This document shows positions 1-10,834 of a stretch of 64,000 nt of DNA, piece after piece. The position numbers and the translations under genes are program-made. The stretch spans positions 4,160,001-4,224,000 of the forward strand of contig OY762209.1 in assembly GCA_963665295.1 (NCBI GenBank). Direction: 5' to 3'. A model generated the notes under the pieces. The model was not told the DNA's origin and did no database searches. It worked only from the letters and a program-made list of their open reading frames with translations. Every line of letters starts with the position of its first letter. The stretch's first letter is position 1. This DNA comes from Syntrophorhabdaceae bacterium (lineage in GTDB: Bacteria > Desulfobacterota > Syntrophorhabdia > Syntrophorhabdales > Syntrophorhabdaceae).

Positions 1-1
1 C

Positions 2-514
2 TCCGTATACGGCATTATCAAGAATCATGGCGGCTTCATAAATGTCTACAGCGAAAAGGGCCACGGGTCCACTTTCACCGTGTATCTCCCCGCCTCACTC
101 AAGATGCCTTTGGAGGAGAAACCTCCCCAGGTCCACATCCAGGGCGGAAAAGAGACAATCCTTGTGGTTGATGACGAACCCACCATCGCCCGGGTTTGCA
201 AGGGACTTCTCGAAGTCCTTGGATACAGTGTCATTACCGCGACGAACGGCCGGGAGGCGGTTGACATATACCAGGCGCAAAAGGGCTCCATCCAACTCGT
301 AGTCCTCGACATGATCATGCCGGACATCGGCGGGGAAGAGACCTTCGAGTTCCTGAAGCTGGCCAACCCCGACGTGAAGGTGATTCTGTCCAGCGGTTAC
401 AGTATGAATAGTCAGGCAACGAGGATCATGAATCAGGGCTGCCGGGCATTCATACAGAAACCCTTCAGCATGCAGGAGCTTTCTGAAAAGATCAGAAGAG
501 TGCTTGATGCATAG
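2..514 (+). CDS. Hybrid sensor histidine kinase/response regulator, C-terminal part (5' end outside window)
   Basis: Frame open from base 2: SVYGIIKNHGGFINVYSEKGHGSTFTVYLP (end of HATPase_c), then a receiver domain (ILVVDDE...VVLDMIMP...SSGY...FIQKPF). Confidence 0.92.
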   Translation, partial: SVYGIIKNHGGFINVYSEKGHGSTFTVYLPASLKMPLEEKPPQVHIQGGKETILVVDDEPTIARVCKGLLEVLGYSVITATNGREAVDIYQAQKGSIQLVVLDMIMPDIGGEETFEFLKLANPDVKVILSSGYSMNSQATRIMNQGCRAFIQKPFSMQELSEKIRRVLDA

Positions 515-642
515 GACACACCTCGCCTCGGGCGAAGAGCGTATCCGCTTATCCAATTCTGTGATATAATGGCTTAGTGTTTCTGTTCAGGGCAGCAGGG
601 ACGCCGAAGTATCGGATCGTGGAGCAACAAGGAGGGGTGCAC

Positions 643-3300
643 ATGAGAAACATACTTAATCCGAAAGCCGTAGCGGTCGTAGGCGCCACCGAAAAGGCGG
701 ACTCCGTGGGCCGGACTATCCTTGAAAATTTGCTCATGTCGGAGGACCGGAAGATATTTGCCGTCAATCCGAACCGGAAAGAGGTGCTTGGCCTTCCATG
801 CTATGCCACAATATCGGATATCCCGGAACGGGTCAATCTCGCGGTGGTCGTCACCCCTGCCCCGACCGTGCCGGATATCGTTGAAAGCTGCGCGCAAAAG
901 GGCGTAGATGGAGCGATCATCATTTCGGAGGGGTTCAAGGAGGCAGGAGGGGAAAACGGCCCGCTGGAAGAACGCCTTATCGACATAAGAAAGAAATATG
1001 GCATGCGCATTATAGGACCGAACTGTCTCGGTATCATCATGCCCAACATGGGCCTCAACGCATCGTTCCTGAAGACGAACCTTCCCAAGGGTAATATCGC
1101 CTTTATCTCCCAGAGTGTTTCCCTGGCGAGCGCCCAGTTGGAGTGGGCCATGAACACACAGACAGGCTTCAGCATGTTTGCGTCCCTCGGTTCGACGATC
1201 GATGTGGACTTCGGAGACCTGATAGATTATCTCAAAGACGATGACGATACCAAAAGTATCATGCTCTACATGAAAGATATCGGCAACGCACGGAAGTTCA
1301 TGAGCGCCGCCAGAGGCTACGTGAGGAGTAAGCCGATCATAGTGGTAAAACCCAATAGATTTCCCAAAACAAGGCGTGACGCCCTTTCCCGGACAGGAGA
1401 GATGGTGAATATCGACGAGATTTACGAGGCGGCCTTCAAGAGGGCCGGTGTCGTGAGGGTCAGGGAGATCGTTGACCTCATCAACGCCGCGGAAGTACTC
1501 GACTCCAGACGCCTGCCCAGGGGAACCCGGTTGGCAATAGTGAGTAATGCCGAAGGACTCGGGGCCATGGGCGCCGATGCGCTTCTGGAACAGGGCGCCG
1601 AACTCGCTCCGTTTTCAGAGGAGACCCTTAAGAAGCTGGATTCTCTTTTGCCTCCGGGGTGCAGCAGGGTCAATCCCCTCAACATTCTGGGGGACGCTGA
1701 TGTCGAGCGGTACATGAACGTGCTCAATGTTTGCCTCAACGACCGGGAGGTGGACGGCATACTGGTCATCTACGCGCCGGTCGGTTCGACAGGGCCCGCC
1801 GAACTCGCCACGGCTGTGATCACCATCGCGAAGAGATCGAAAAAACCGATCCTCACCGCCTTTGTGGGAACAAAGGTTGTGGAAGAGGCGAGACTTATAT
1901 TCTTCCATAACAGTATCCCCACGTACCGGACCCCCGAGGAGGCAGTCAAGACATATCTTTACATGTACCGGTATAAGAAAAACCTCGATCTTCTCTATGA
2001 AACCCCTGCGGAATTGCCTTTGGACCAAACCCCTACGCGACACAACCTGAAAGCCCTCATCCGGAGGGTAATCAGGAGCGGAAGATTTCTCCTCAACGAA
2101 GAGGAATCCAAAAACTTCCTCATCAACTACGGGATACCGGTCACGACGCCGTACATCAGTTGTGATGTGGAGGCCGCAAAGAAAGTGGCCCACAAAATCG
2201 GCTATCCGGTGGTAATGAAGATTGTCTCCCCCGATATATCCCACAAAAGTGATGTGGGAGGCGTTGCCGTGGGGATAGACTCCGACGAGGCCCTCACCAA
2301 GACTTACAGCCACCTCATGGAACGGGTGAAGGGAAGCGTGCCCGAGGCATCGATACAGGGTATAACTATCCAGAGGATGATCGAAAAAATAGACTATGAG
2401 ACTATCCTTGGAGCAAAAAAGGATAAGGACTTCGGATCAGTCATCCTTTTCGGAAAAGGGGGCGTGGGGGCCCAGATATACAGGGATTTTTCCATCGGCT
2501 TACCCCCCCTCAACCAAACACTCGCAAGAAGGCTCATGGAGGAGACGCAAATATACAAGGTACTCCAGGGCTACCGCCACAAAATGCCCGCGGACCTGGC
2601 GCACCTCGAACAGATAATCGTCAGTTTTTCCAACCTCATAGTGGATTTCCCCGAAATCGCCGAGATGGATATAAACCCCCTCGTCGTATCGGAGGGAAGG
2701 TTCTATGCACTCAACGCGCGCATTGTCCTGGACGGAGAATACACGGAACAGACACCGCGATATCCCCATCTGATCATCACCCCCTACCCCACCCGTTATA
2801 TTCTGCCCCGGCGATTGCCGGACGGGACAGAGATTCTTCTGAGACCCATCAAACCTGAGGACGAGCCGCTGGAACATGAATTCCTCGCCACCCTCTCCAA
2901 GGATACCCTGAGAAGAAGATTCTTCTCCGTGCCGAAAAACATAACCCACGACATGCTCATAACCTTCTGCAACATCGACTATGACCGGGAAATGGCGATC
3001 GTGGCGGAGATGAAGGAAGGCGAACGAAAGAAGCTCGTGGGAATCGGAAGACTGGTGATCGAACCGGGGTTCAGGGCCGGGGAGTTTGCCGTTCTCGTGC
3101 ATGACAGCTTTCATGGACGCGGACTGGGCTACAAACTCGCCGACGAGCTTATCGGTATCGGCGAGGAAAGAGGACTCCAGGAGATCTACGGAACGGTCCA
3201 GAGCGACAATGAGAGGATGCTCCGCGTATGCCGCAGACTGGGATTTACTACCCGGGCACTTCCCGACGGCACCACGAGGGTCACCCTGCACCTCCGGTAA
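643..3300 (+). CDS. pat: Pat/YfiQ-type protein lysine acetyltransferase (NDP-forming acyl-CoA synthetase-like domains + ATP-grasp + C-terminal GNAT)
   Basis: CoA-binding start (LNPKAVAVVGAT), IIGPNCLG, SPDISHKSDVGGV, DINPL, then GNAT (LRPIKPEDE, IDYDREMAIVA, FHGRGLG). ATG 643 follows GGAGG. Confidence 0.88.
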   Translation: MRNILNPKAVAVVGATEKADSVGRTILENLLMSEDRKIFAVNPNRKEVLGLPCYATISDIPERVNLAVVVTPAPTVPDIVESCAQKGVDGAIIISEGFKEAGGENGPLEERLIDIRKKYGMRIIGPNCLGIIMPNMGLNASFLKTNLPKGNIAFISQSVSLASAQLEWAMNTQTGFSMFASLGSTIDVDFGDLIDYLKDDDDTKSIMLYMKDIGNARKFMSAARGYVRSKPIIVVKPNRFPKTRRDALSRTGEMVNIDEIYEAAFKRAGVVRVREIVDLINAAEVLDSRRLPRGTRLAIVSNAEGLGAMGADALLEQGAELAPFSEETLKKLDSLLPPGCSRVNPLNILGDADVERYMNVLNVCLNDREVDGILVIYAPVGSTGPAELATAVITIAKRSKKPILTAFVGTKVVEEARLIFFHNSIPTYRTPEEAVKTYLYMYRYKKNLDLLYETPAELPLDQTPTRHNLKALIRRVIRSGRFLLNEEESKNFLINYGIPVTTPYISCDVEAAKKVAHKIGYPVVMKIVSPDISHKSDVGGVAVGIDSDEALTKTYSHLMERVKGSVPEASIQGITIQRMIEKIDYETILGAKKDKDFGSVILFGKGGVGAQIYRDFSIGLPPLNQTLARRLMEETQIYKVLQGYRHKMPADLAHLEQIIVSFSNLIVDFPEIAEMDINPLVVSEGRFYALNARIVLDGEYTEQTPRYPHLIITPYPTRYILPRRLPDGTEILLRPIKPEDEPLEHEFLATLSKDTLRRRFFSVPKNITHDMLITFCNIDYDREMAIVAEMKEGERKKLVGIGRLVIEPGFRAGEFAVLVHDSFHGRGLGYKLADELIGIGEERGLQEIYGTVQSDNERMLRVCRRLGFTTRALPDGTTRVTLHLR

Positions 3301-3365
3301 TTGGTGACGGATATTCTGCCTGCCCGGCAATCACCGATAAAATCAGTGTATCCCCGTCCAGCCTA

Positions 3366-3394
3366 TTGACAACACCGGGGACGCCCTGTACAAT
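3366..3394 (+). promoter_or_regulatory. Sigma70-type promoter
   Basis: TTGACA-N17-TACAAT upstream of the ahbA-like gene. Confidence 0.7.
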
Positions 3395-3421
3395 CAGTCA
3401 TTGCATCACACCGACGGCCTT

Positions 3422-3865
3422 ATGGACGAAACAGACAGAAAAATACTCAATATAATTCAGGAAGAATTTCCCATCACCTCCAGGCCCTTTGCGGAAATAG
3501 GGAAACGGGCGGGCGTGCACGAGAAGGCTGCCCTTGAAAGCGTGAAGAAGCAAAAGGAGGCGGGTTACATCCGGCGGATAGGCCCCGTGCTCGAACCGAA
3601 GAAAATCGATTACACAAGCACCCTTTGCGGCACACACGTCGAAGAGGCCATGCTGTTGGACGTGGCAGCGGAAATAAACACCCACAAAGGGGTGACCCAC
3701 AATTATGAGCGCGAGGGCAAACTCAATCTCTGGTTCACAATTACCGCACAGTCGGCGGAGGAGATCGATGCCTTCATCGAAAGCATCGAAAAACTCTTCG
3801 GTCTCACCATATACAGGTTCAACAAAAAGAGGGTGTTCAAAATAAGGACCTTTTTCCCTGCATGA
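3422..3865 (+). CDS. ahbA: Siroheme decarboxylase alpha subunit-like protein (AhbA/NirD-like, Lrp/AsnC fold)
   Basis: MDETDRKILNIIQEEFPITSRPF, GYIRRIGP, STLC, GVTHNYER, NLWFT and FKI are typical AhbA/NirDL motifs. Confidence 0.75.
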   Translation: MDETDRKILNIIQEEFPITSRPFAEIGKRAGVHEKAALESVKKQKEAGYIRRIGPVLEPKKIDYTSTLCGTHVEEAMLLDVAAEINTHKGVTHNYEREGKLNLWFTITAQSAEEIDAFIESIEKLFGLTIYRFNKKRVFKIRTFFPA

Positions 3866-3962
3866 AAGAGGAGTCGTCCCACACCGGTCGCGGGCGGGTT
3901 CCGGGCACGACGGATTTGAGGGAAAGACTTCAACCCCATAACCGATAACGAGGAGAAAATAA

Positions 3963-6536
3963 ATGACTGAAAGTCCCGACCGCCAGACACACGACGCCGG
4001 ACAACCCACGACAAAGCGCGTATTTCTGGTTGACGGCAACTCATACCTCTACAGGGCGTTCTTTGCAACCCCCCACCTGTCGAATTCACGGGGGTTGCCC
4101 ACGAACGCGACCTATGCCTTCATGAACATGATCAAGAAGCTTGTAAATGAGGAGAAACCCGACAATCTCATCGTCATATTTGACTCCAAAGGCCCCACTT
4201 TCCGCGAGAAAATCCTGGAGACCTATAAAGCACACCGGCCGCCCATGCCCGGGAACCTCGCCCTTCAGATACCTTATGTCAAGGAAATCACCGTGGCCAT
4301 GGGCCTCCCCGTGATTGAGAAGGAAGGGGTCGAAGCGGATGATATAATCGGCACCATCGTGGAGCACCTCGGAAAGGAGAATGTCCTCATTTACATCGTT
4401 ACCAGCGACAAGGACATGATGCAACTTGTGTGCGGCAACGTCTTCATATACGACAGTATGAAGAACCTCCTTTTGAGTGAGAAGGAGGTGGAGGAAAAAC
4501 TCGGGGTGAAGCCACACCTTGTTACCGATTATCTCGCCCTCTCCGGTGACGCCTCGGATAACATACCGGGCGTGCCCGGCATCGGTGACAAAACGGCCCG
4601 CGAGCTTGTGGGAACCTTTGGAGACATAGACCGGATATATGAAAACCTTTCCGCCATAAAGAAGCCGTCGGTCCGGAAGAAGCTGGAGGAAGGGAGAAAA
4701 CTGGCGGTTCTCAGCAAAGACCTGGCCACCCTCAGGAAGGATGTCTCCACCCCCGAACACATTGACGAACTCACCGTGAAGGAACCTGATCTCAAAACCC
4801 TGCGCCGTCTTTTCAGGGAACTCGAGTTTACCGCGCTCTACAGGGAGATGAATGTGGAAGACGAAGAAAGGACGGAATGGCCCTCCATCGAAATCCCGGA
4901 CCTGAACAGGGCGCGCATCGCCATCGTCGCGGTTTTTCACGGTAAAGACCCCAAGGACACCCGTCTCGCGAGATTCGCGGCCTTCGACGGGAAAGGGGTC
5001 TTTTATTCCGAGAACGAGTCGGACCTGCTCCGTGTCGTTGCCGACGCCGCCGAACTGGTGGTCCACAACCTGAAACCCTACTATATCCTGTGCACGAACC
5101 GGGGCGTCGAGCTTTCGGCCAGGTGTTTCGATACCATGCTCGCCACCTATCTTATCAACCCTTTGAGGAAGGATTACAGGATCGGGTCCATCATTGAGGA
5201 ATACCTTGACCGGAACCTCCCTTCTCACGATGCGAAGGAAGCCCTCGTGGAGGGCGTCTCCCATCTCCCCGAACTTGCGGACGCCCTTTCGGCCAATATG
5301 AAAGAGCTTGGCCTTTCAAGTCTCTATGCCGATATCGAGATGCCTCTCGTGGAGGTGCTCGCACACATGGAGGATTACGGGGTGAAGGTGGACAGGAGGA
5401 TGCTTTCAAGCCTGTCCAGAGACTTCGACAAGAGATTGAACGGGCTCATGAAGAACATATATGATTTTGCAGGGGAATCCTTCAACATCAATTCCCCCCA
5501 GCAGCTTTCGCGCATACTCTTCGAGACCCTGAAATTGCCCCCCACAAAGAAAACAAAAAAGGGCTACTCCACCGACATCGACGTGCTCCAGGGACTCTCA
5601 ATGCTTCATCCGCTGCCGAAGGAGATCCTCGAATACAGAACCCTCACAAAACTGAAGAGCACTTACGCCGACGTGCTTCCCACACTTATCAATCCCACAA
5701 CAGGAAGGATCCATGCATCCTTCAACCAGATGGTTGTCGCTACGGGCAGGCTCTCCAGCACCGACCCCAATTTGCAGAACATTCCCATCAGGGGAGAGGA
5801 AGGGGTGAAGATACGCCGGGCCTTCGTTCCGGAAGACGGTTTTCTTCTTCTCTCCTCGGACTACTCTCAAATAGAACTTCGTATACTCGCCCACATCTCC
5901 GGGGACGAGTTGCTCATAGATACCTTTCTCAGAGGAGAGGATGTTCATTCCAGGGTCGCCCGGGAGGTCTTCGGGGTGAAACAGGGCGAAGTGACCGGCG
6001 ACATGCGAAGGACCGCGAAAGTGATCAACTTCGGGATCATTTATGGAATCAGCGGGTATGGACTTTCGAAGGAACTGGGCGTCTCTCCCAGGGAGGCACA
6101 GGACTATATCGACGAGTATTTTGTCAAATACAGAGGCGTGAAATCCTACATTGAACAGACCGTCGCCGGGGCCCGCGAGAGTGGCTTCGTAAAAACCCTC
6201 TTCGGTCGCATCCGTTATATACCCGAGCTTAATAACCACGACACGAACATACGCCAGCTTGGAGAAAGGCTGGCCATGAATACGCCTATTCAGGGCACCG
6301 CAGCTGATGTAATCAAGCTCGCCATGGTGAATATCTTCCGGAAATTGAAACCCCTTAAGCTTCTCTCACGCCTGATCATGCAGATCCATGATGAACTGGT
6401 CTTCGAGGTCAAAGAAGAGGAGATGGAGTTCATGGAGCAGATGGTCAGGGAAGAGATGGAACACGTGATCTCTTTGTCCGTGCCTCTGGAGGTAAACCTG
6501 CAGAAGGGCCGGAATTGGGCGGAAGCCCATGATTAG
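3963..6536 (+). CDS. polA: DNA polymerase I
   Basis: 5'-3' exonuclease (LVDGNSYLYRAFF, EADD, GDASDNIPGVPGIG); polymerase motifs TGRLSSTDPNLQNIP, DYSQIELR, RRTAKVINFGIIYG, QIHDEL. Confidence 0.98.
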   Translation: MTESPDRQTHDAGQPTTKRVFLVDGNSYLYRAFFATPHLSNSRGLPTNATYAFMNMIKKLVNEEKPDNLIVIFDSKGPTFREKILETYKAHRPPMPGNLALQIPYVKEITVAMGLPVIEKEGVEADDIIGTIVEHLGKENVLIYIVTSDKDMMQLVCGNVFIYDSMKNLLLSEKEVEEKLGVKPHLVTDYLALSGDASDNIPGVPGIGDKTARELVGTFGDIDRIYENLSAIKKPSVRKKLEEGRKLAVLSKDLATLRKDVSTPEHIDELTVKEPDLKTLRRLFRELEFTALYREMNVEDEERTEWPSIEIPDLNRARIAIVAVFHGKDPKDTRLARFAAFDGKGVFYSENESDLLRVVADAAELVVHNLKPYYILCTNRGVELSARCFDTMLATYLINPLRKDYRIGSIIEEYLDRNLPSHDAKEALVEGVSHLPELADALSANMKELGLSSLYADIEMPLVEVLAHMEDYGVKVDRRMLSSLSRDFDKRLNGLMKNIYDFAGESFNINSPQQLSRILFETLKLPPTKKTKKGYSTDIDVLQGLSMLHPLPKEILEYRTLTKLKSTYADVLPTLINPTTGRIHASFNQMVVATGRLSSTDPNLQNIPIRGEEGVKIRRAFVPEDGFLLLSSDYSQIELRILAHISGDELLIDTFLRGEDVHSRVAREVFGVKQGEVTGDMRRTAKVINFGIIYGISGYGLSKELGVSPREAQDYIDEYFVKYRGVKSYIEQTVAGARESGFVKTLFGRIRYIPELNNHDTNIRQLGERLAMNTPIQGTAADVIKLAMVNIFRKLKPLKLLSRLIMQIHDELVFEVKEEEMEFMEQMVREEMEHVISLSVPLEVNLQKGRNWAEAHD

Positions 6537-7398
6537 CGGGTTCCGCGAGAATCGAGAGCAGTTCGGCGCAGAGTATGAACACGAATACCGAAAAATAGAC
6601 CCAGAAAAGCAGGGCGATAAATATCCCGTACGTCCCGAAGAAGGTAGTAACCTTGGTCAGGTGGAGGATAAAATGCTGGAAAAAGTGTCTGCCCAGGTGC
6701 CAGCACAATACGGCCGAGACTGAAGTGACGAAGATGATCGTCTTGTTTCTCACGGGGGTGAGGAAATAATAGAGGAAGAAGAACTGGATGAAAGTCACGG
6801 ACATTTCCATGAAAGAGAAGGCATAGGCGAAGAAGGTTTTTGAAATGAAACCGGGCAGCGCCCCTATGAGCTTTGTCTGAATCACAATGCTGAAAACGAA
6901 ACTGAAAAAGATCACCGCCTGAACCAGGGCAAAAACGAAGGTGAGGAAGAATTCCTCGCCCTTTCCCTTGATAAACCCCTTGGTGTGTTTCCCGAAAATG
7001 ATCCTGAAGGAAGGCCTTATGATGGCAAAGAGCCTTGTCGCAAAGAAATAAAGAAACAGCAGGCCCAGGGGTCCTGAAAGTTTCTTCGTAATGGAAATAA
7101 TATTCAGCTCTTTGATTACCCTCTTTACCACAAACGCGTTATAGGGGTCGGGCAGGATATTCCTGAGATATTTTTCAAGGTGAACGGCAGGGTTGTGCAC
7201 GTCGATCACGTAACCGAGAATATATATGGAGAGAAGGGTAAAAGGGATGAATGTAAGGAGTATGTAAAAGGATATGGACGAGACTATTATGTTCGCATTG
7301 TCTTTCTGGTATTTCTTGAACAGAGTCTTGATAAAGGCGACGGGATAAGTGCCTTTCCCCTTCATACTCTGCATGACGCGAACCCCTGGTCCCTTCAT
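6445..7398 (-). CDS. YihY/virulence factor BrkB family inner-membrane protein
   Basis: About 6 TM segments; [13 protein letters not shown] near the N-terminus and [24 protein letters not shown] near the C-terminus. Confidence 0.8.
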   Translation of the reverse strand: MKGPGVRVMQSMKGKGTYPVAFIKTLFKKYQKDNANIIVSSISFYILLTFIPFTLLSIYILGYVIDVHNPAVHLEKYLRNILPDPYNAFVVKRVIKELNIISITKKLSGPLGLLFLYFFATRLFAIIRPSFRIIFGKHTKGFIKGKGEEFFLTFVFALVQAVIFFSFVFSIVIQTKLIGALPGFISKTFFAYAFSFMEMSVTFIQFFFLYYFLTPVRNKTIIFVTSVSAVLCWHLGRHFFQHFILHLTKVTTFFGTYGIFIALLFWVYFSVFVFILCAELLSILAEPANHGLPPNSGPSAGLPPEARTKRSRVPSLP

Positions 7399-8369
7399 CC
7401 TATCCTTATCCGGGGGTCTGCGATGGCGTACATGATGTCCGCGAGAAGGTTTCCCACAAGGGTGAGGAAAGCGCCGATCACGAGGATTCCCATGATTGTG
7501 GGATAATCCCGGGCCATAACACTCATGAAAAAGAGTTGTCCCATACCGGGGATGGAAAAAATACTCTCCAATATCACGCTCCCGCCGATGAGACCGGGAA
7601 CGGAAAACCCGAGCACCGTAATTACAGGGAGAAGGGCGTTCCTCAATGCGTGTTTCCTCAAGACCATCCCCTGCGGAAGCCCCTTTGCATAGGCAGTAGT
7701 GATGTACTCCTGTCTCAGCACATCGAGAAGGCTGTTTTTCATGTATCGGGATACGCCGGCGAGACCCCCTATTGCCGAGGTAAAAACAATAAGTACAAGG
7801 TGTTTCGCAAGGTCAGCCCCTTTTTCGAAAAAAGAAAGGTCTCCAAAATCAAAGGACTTCAGGCCTGATATGGGCAAGGCCTCCAGATAGACCCCGAAGA
7901 ACAAAATGAGAAGAAGGGCAAGCCAGAAGGAGGGCATGGCAAAACCCCCGAAGACAAAAGCCGTAAGTCCCTTGTCGAGAAGGGTGTCCTTGTATCGGGC
8001 GGAAAGTATCCCTATGGGGATACCCACAAGGAAGATGAGAGCCATGGAAAGAAGCTCAATCGTGATAGTAACGGGGAGTCGCTCCGCAATTTTATCGATC
8101 ACGGGCCTCCTGTCGGAGGCGAAGGACCGGCCGAAATCGAGCTTCACTATCCTCTTCAGCCACAACAGGTATTGAACATAGAGCGGTTTGTCGAGACCGT
8201 AATAGACCCTTATCCTCTCCCTTGCTTCCTTGGTGACCTTCGGGTTCATCTGTGCCTCCAGAACACCCGGTTCACCCGGAGTCAAATGGATCACCACAAA
8301 GGAGATGAGGGAGATCCCAAGAAGCATGGGGATCATGAAGAACAGTCGTTTAAGGAGATATTGCAGCAC
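7395..8369 (-). CDS. Peptide/nickel ABC transporter permease (DppB/OppB-like)
   Basis: [20 protein letters not shown] loop [30 protein letters not shown] 8369 follows AGGAGG. Confidence 0.93.
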   Translation of the reverse strand: MLQYLLKRLFFMIPMLLGISLISFVVIHLTPGEPGVLEAQMNPKVTKEARERIRVYYGLDKPLYVQYLLWLKRIVKLDFGRSFASDRRPVIDKIAERLPVTITIELLSMALIFLVGIPIGILSARYKDTLLDKGLTAFVFGGFAMPSFWLALLLILFFGVYLEALPISGLKSFDFGDLSFFEKGADLAKHLVLIVFTSAIGGLAGVSRYMKNSLLDVLRQEYITTAYAKGLPQGMVLRKHALRNALLPVITVLGFSVPGLIGGSVILESIFSIPGMGQLFFMSVMARDYPTIMGILVIGAFLTLVGNLLADIMYAIADPRIRIG

Positions 8370-9984
8370 TGGTCTTATACCTCCTCTGACTTTCCGGCAC
8401 ATACCATTTTATGAAATTATGCTTTATCCCCGCCGGGGCGGGCTCTATCCCCTTGATCCGTTTGTGCACGGCTGTGTTCGCATAGGGAACGAAGAGAAAT
8501 GTCACCGGCTGCTCCTCTGCGAGTATCTCCTGTATCCTGTAAAGATGCTTCTTCCGGCTTTCCCTGTCCAGGGTGTGGCGCGCCCTCACAAGAAGGTCAT
8601 CCACCTCCTTGTTCTCAAAAGAGATAAAATTAAGCTCTTTCTTTCCCTGCTTCGAGGAATGCCAAATATCGAAAAGATCCGGGTCCGTGGGGATGGTCCA
8701 GCCCAGCATTACGGCTTCGAAGTTCCTCGTATCGATGAACTCGTTAATGAAGGTGGCCCACTCTATCACCCTTATCCTGACCCTTATGCCGATCTCCGAA
8801 AGCCTCTTCTGAACAAGCTCCGCACATTTGATTCGCACGTCGTTTCCCTGGCTGGTAAGGATAGTAAACTCCAAAGGACTACCGTCCTTGCGGAGTATTC
8901 CATCCTGGCCCTTCACAAAACCCGCTTCCTCGAGAAGTCGGGCGGCCTTTTCTCTATCATAGGGGTATTTCTTCACCTTCCCGTTATAGGCCCACATGTC
9001 CGGCTTGAAGGGCCCCGTTGCCTCGATTCCCTGGCCAAGGAGAACGCCGTCGATAATCTCCTTCTTGTCGATCGCGTAGGTGATAGCCTGGCGAACCCGC
9101 TTATCCTTGAAGAACCTGTGTCTCAGATTATAGCCCAGGTAGATGTATGCAAAATCCAGGTACTTGAACTTGTTGAACTCCCTTTTGAACCGAGGGTAAT
9201 CCGTCTGTCTCACTGCCTGCATCGGGGTGAGGTCTGCCATATCGATGCCGCCCTGCTTCACTTCGAGAAACGCAGTCGCAGTGTCGGGGATCACTCGCAT
9301 GACATACCGGTCGAGATAGGGTCTGCCCTCGAAGTAATGGGAGTTAAAGCCGAGAACAAGTCTGTCTCCTCCTATCCATTCCCTGAATATGAAAGGTCCC
9401 GTACCGACGGGCGCCCTGCGCAGGGAAGATGACGCGATATCAACGCCTTCGAGAAGGTGCCGCGGCAGTACTGCAGCGCCCCAACTCACAAGCGCGGGAG
9501 CGAAGGGTTTTTCATAGCTGACCTTAAACGTGTAGTCATCGAGCACTTCGGCCTTCTTCACGAGCATGAAATCCCCCGAATACGCCGTAGGAGTCCTGGG
9601 GTCCACCGTCACCCTGTAGGTATACATCACATCGTGAGCAGTGAAAGGCCGGCCATCATGCCAGGTGACGTTCCTCCTTAAATGAAACGTTATAGAGAGG
9701 TTGTCTTTCGAAATATCCCATGATTCCGCGAGATCGCCCACAACGTTCAGATCCTTGTCGTATTTGACCAGGCCATTATATACATATCCGGCCACTTCGT
9801 GAGAGGGGCTGTCGGTAGCGAGCAGAGGAATGAGGTTTGAAGGCTCTCCTATGGACGATGTGATGATCGTATCACCGTAAGAGGGTTTCCCGGGATCGTC
9901 ATAATGCCTCGTATCTTTGCCCTTGGCGCAGGAGAAACAAAGGAGGAGGGCAAAAACGCCGATAATCAATCTTTTCGGAAACAT
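8350..9984 (-). CDS. Peptide ABC transporter substrate-binding lipoprotein (family 5)
   Basis: Lipobox [46 protein letters not shown]. Confidence 0.93.
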   Translation of the reverse strand: MFPKRLIIGVFALLLCFSCAKGKDTRHYDDPGKPSYGDTIITSSIGEPSNLIPLLATDSPSHEVAGYVYNGLVKYDKDLNVVGDLAESWDISKDNLSITFHLRRNVTWHDGRPFTAHDVMYTYRVTVDPRTPTAYSGDFMLVKKAEVLDDYTFKVSYEKPFAPALVSWGAAVLPRHLLEGVDIASSSLRRAPVGTGPFIFREWIGGDRLVLGFNSHYFEGRPYLDRYVMRVIPDTATAFLEVKQGGIDMADLTPMQAVRQTDYPRFKREFNKFKYLDFAYIYLGYNLRHRFFKDKRVRQAITYAIDKKEIIDGVLLGQGIEATGPFKPDMWAYNGKVKKYPYDREKAARLLEEAGFVKGQDGILRKDGSPLEFTILTSQGNDVRIKCAELVQKRLSEIGIRVRIRVIEWATFINEFIDTRNFEAVMLGWTIPTDPDLFDIWHSSKQGKKELNFISFENKEVDDLLVRARHTLDRESRKKHLYRIQEILAEEQPVTFLFVPYANTAVHKRIKGIEPAPAGIKHNFIKWYVPESQRRYKTSAAISP

Positions 9985-10125
9985 TCCGCTTATTCTAACA
10001 AAAGGACCGAACCAAAGTAAAGCGATGCGTTCCGGGAAAACCGATGCCGCAAAGCCCGGCGACCCGCCTCCGGAAAGGACCAAAGGGGCTGTTCTCAAGG
10101 GGGCGGGGTCCTTATTCGGGGAGTC

Positions 10126-10500
10126 TCATGCTTTCTCTATCCTTATCCTCACGGCGCCTTTTTCCTTGGTCAGAACCCGTGCATCCCCGGTTATTCTTCC
10201 CACGAGATTGACCCGGCTTGCCGGCACAGGGTCCCGGCCCTCGCTCATGGGCGTGGGGCCGAAGAAGATTGCAAGCGCCTCGCCGGGGGGCCAGTATCCC
10301 ATGTCTCCCACCCTTACTTCGACTGTGGCGCCTTCATCGAGCCCCATTTCTACCGGTATTTCAAAATAGAACTCGTCGCCCCACTCGTGAGGCTTCGCTT
10401 CGATGGGCAAAATCTGCCCGATGGCCCGGGCGCAAACCGTGTCCGAAAGCTCACCTGCAAGCGTGGTCTCTCCTACGATAATCCTTATAGGGATCGGCAT
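10126..10500 (-). CDS. Cyclophilin-like fold protein (DUF369-like)
   Basis: WGDEFYF, GDMGYWPPGEALAIFFGPTPMS, PASRVNLVG motifs; RBS AGGAGGAG. Confidence 0.8.
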   Translation of the reverse strand: MPIPIRIIVGETTLAGELSDTVCARAIGQILPIEAKPHEWGDEFYFEIPVEMGLDEGATVEVRVGDMGYWPPGEALAIFFGPTPMSEGRDPVPASRVNLVGRITGDARVLTKEKGAVRIRIEKA

Positions 10501-10834
10501 TTCTCCTCCTTTTCCTGCGTCTTCGCGATAGGTACTCCTGACTGTCTTTTATTACCTCTCCGACAAGCTTAAGTCAAGGCGTGATTCCACCGGCCCCTTT
10601 CCGACGTGAACCGCGAAGGGAAGGACTTCCTTCCTTTGAACCCCATCGCCGCACGTTTTCCGCTTAAGATTTTCATTTACTAATATCACCCGGTAATGTA
10701 AGATCATTTTCAGGCGGTGCCTAAGACCATGGCGTTTCCTTAAGTACCGGGTCCCCCATGTCGATAAAGTTGGTATAAAGTGGCGCGACCTCCAGGCTTT
10801 CTGAGAGGAAAAAACCGATAACTGAGGCATACAA

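Noticed and set aside
3922..3948. GAAA-N15-ACCGATAA sigma28-like motif before polA
   Set aside because: The predicted start site would fall in or after the RBS, and sigma28 control of polA is implausible.
8230..9432. Long antisense ORFs (also 4086-5264, 17075-18382, 33888-35222, 42102-43079, 58063-59313)
   Set aside because: Shadows of well-supported genes on the opposite strand; common in GC-rich DNA, with no motifs.
10795..10821. ACCGATAA upstream of the exported protein at 10835
   Set aside because: No acceptable -35 element at the right spacing.
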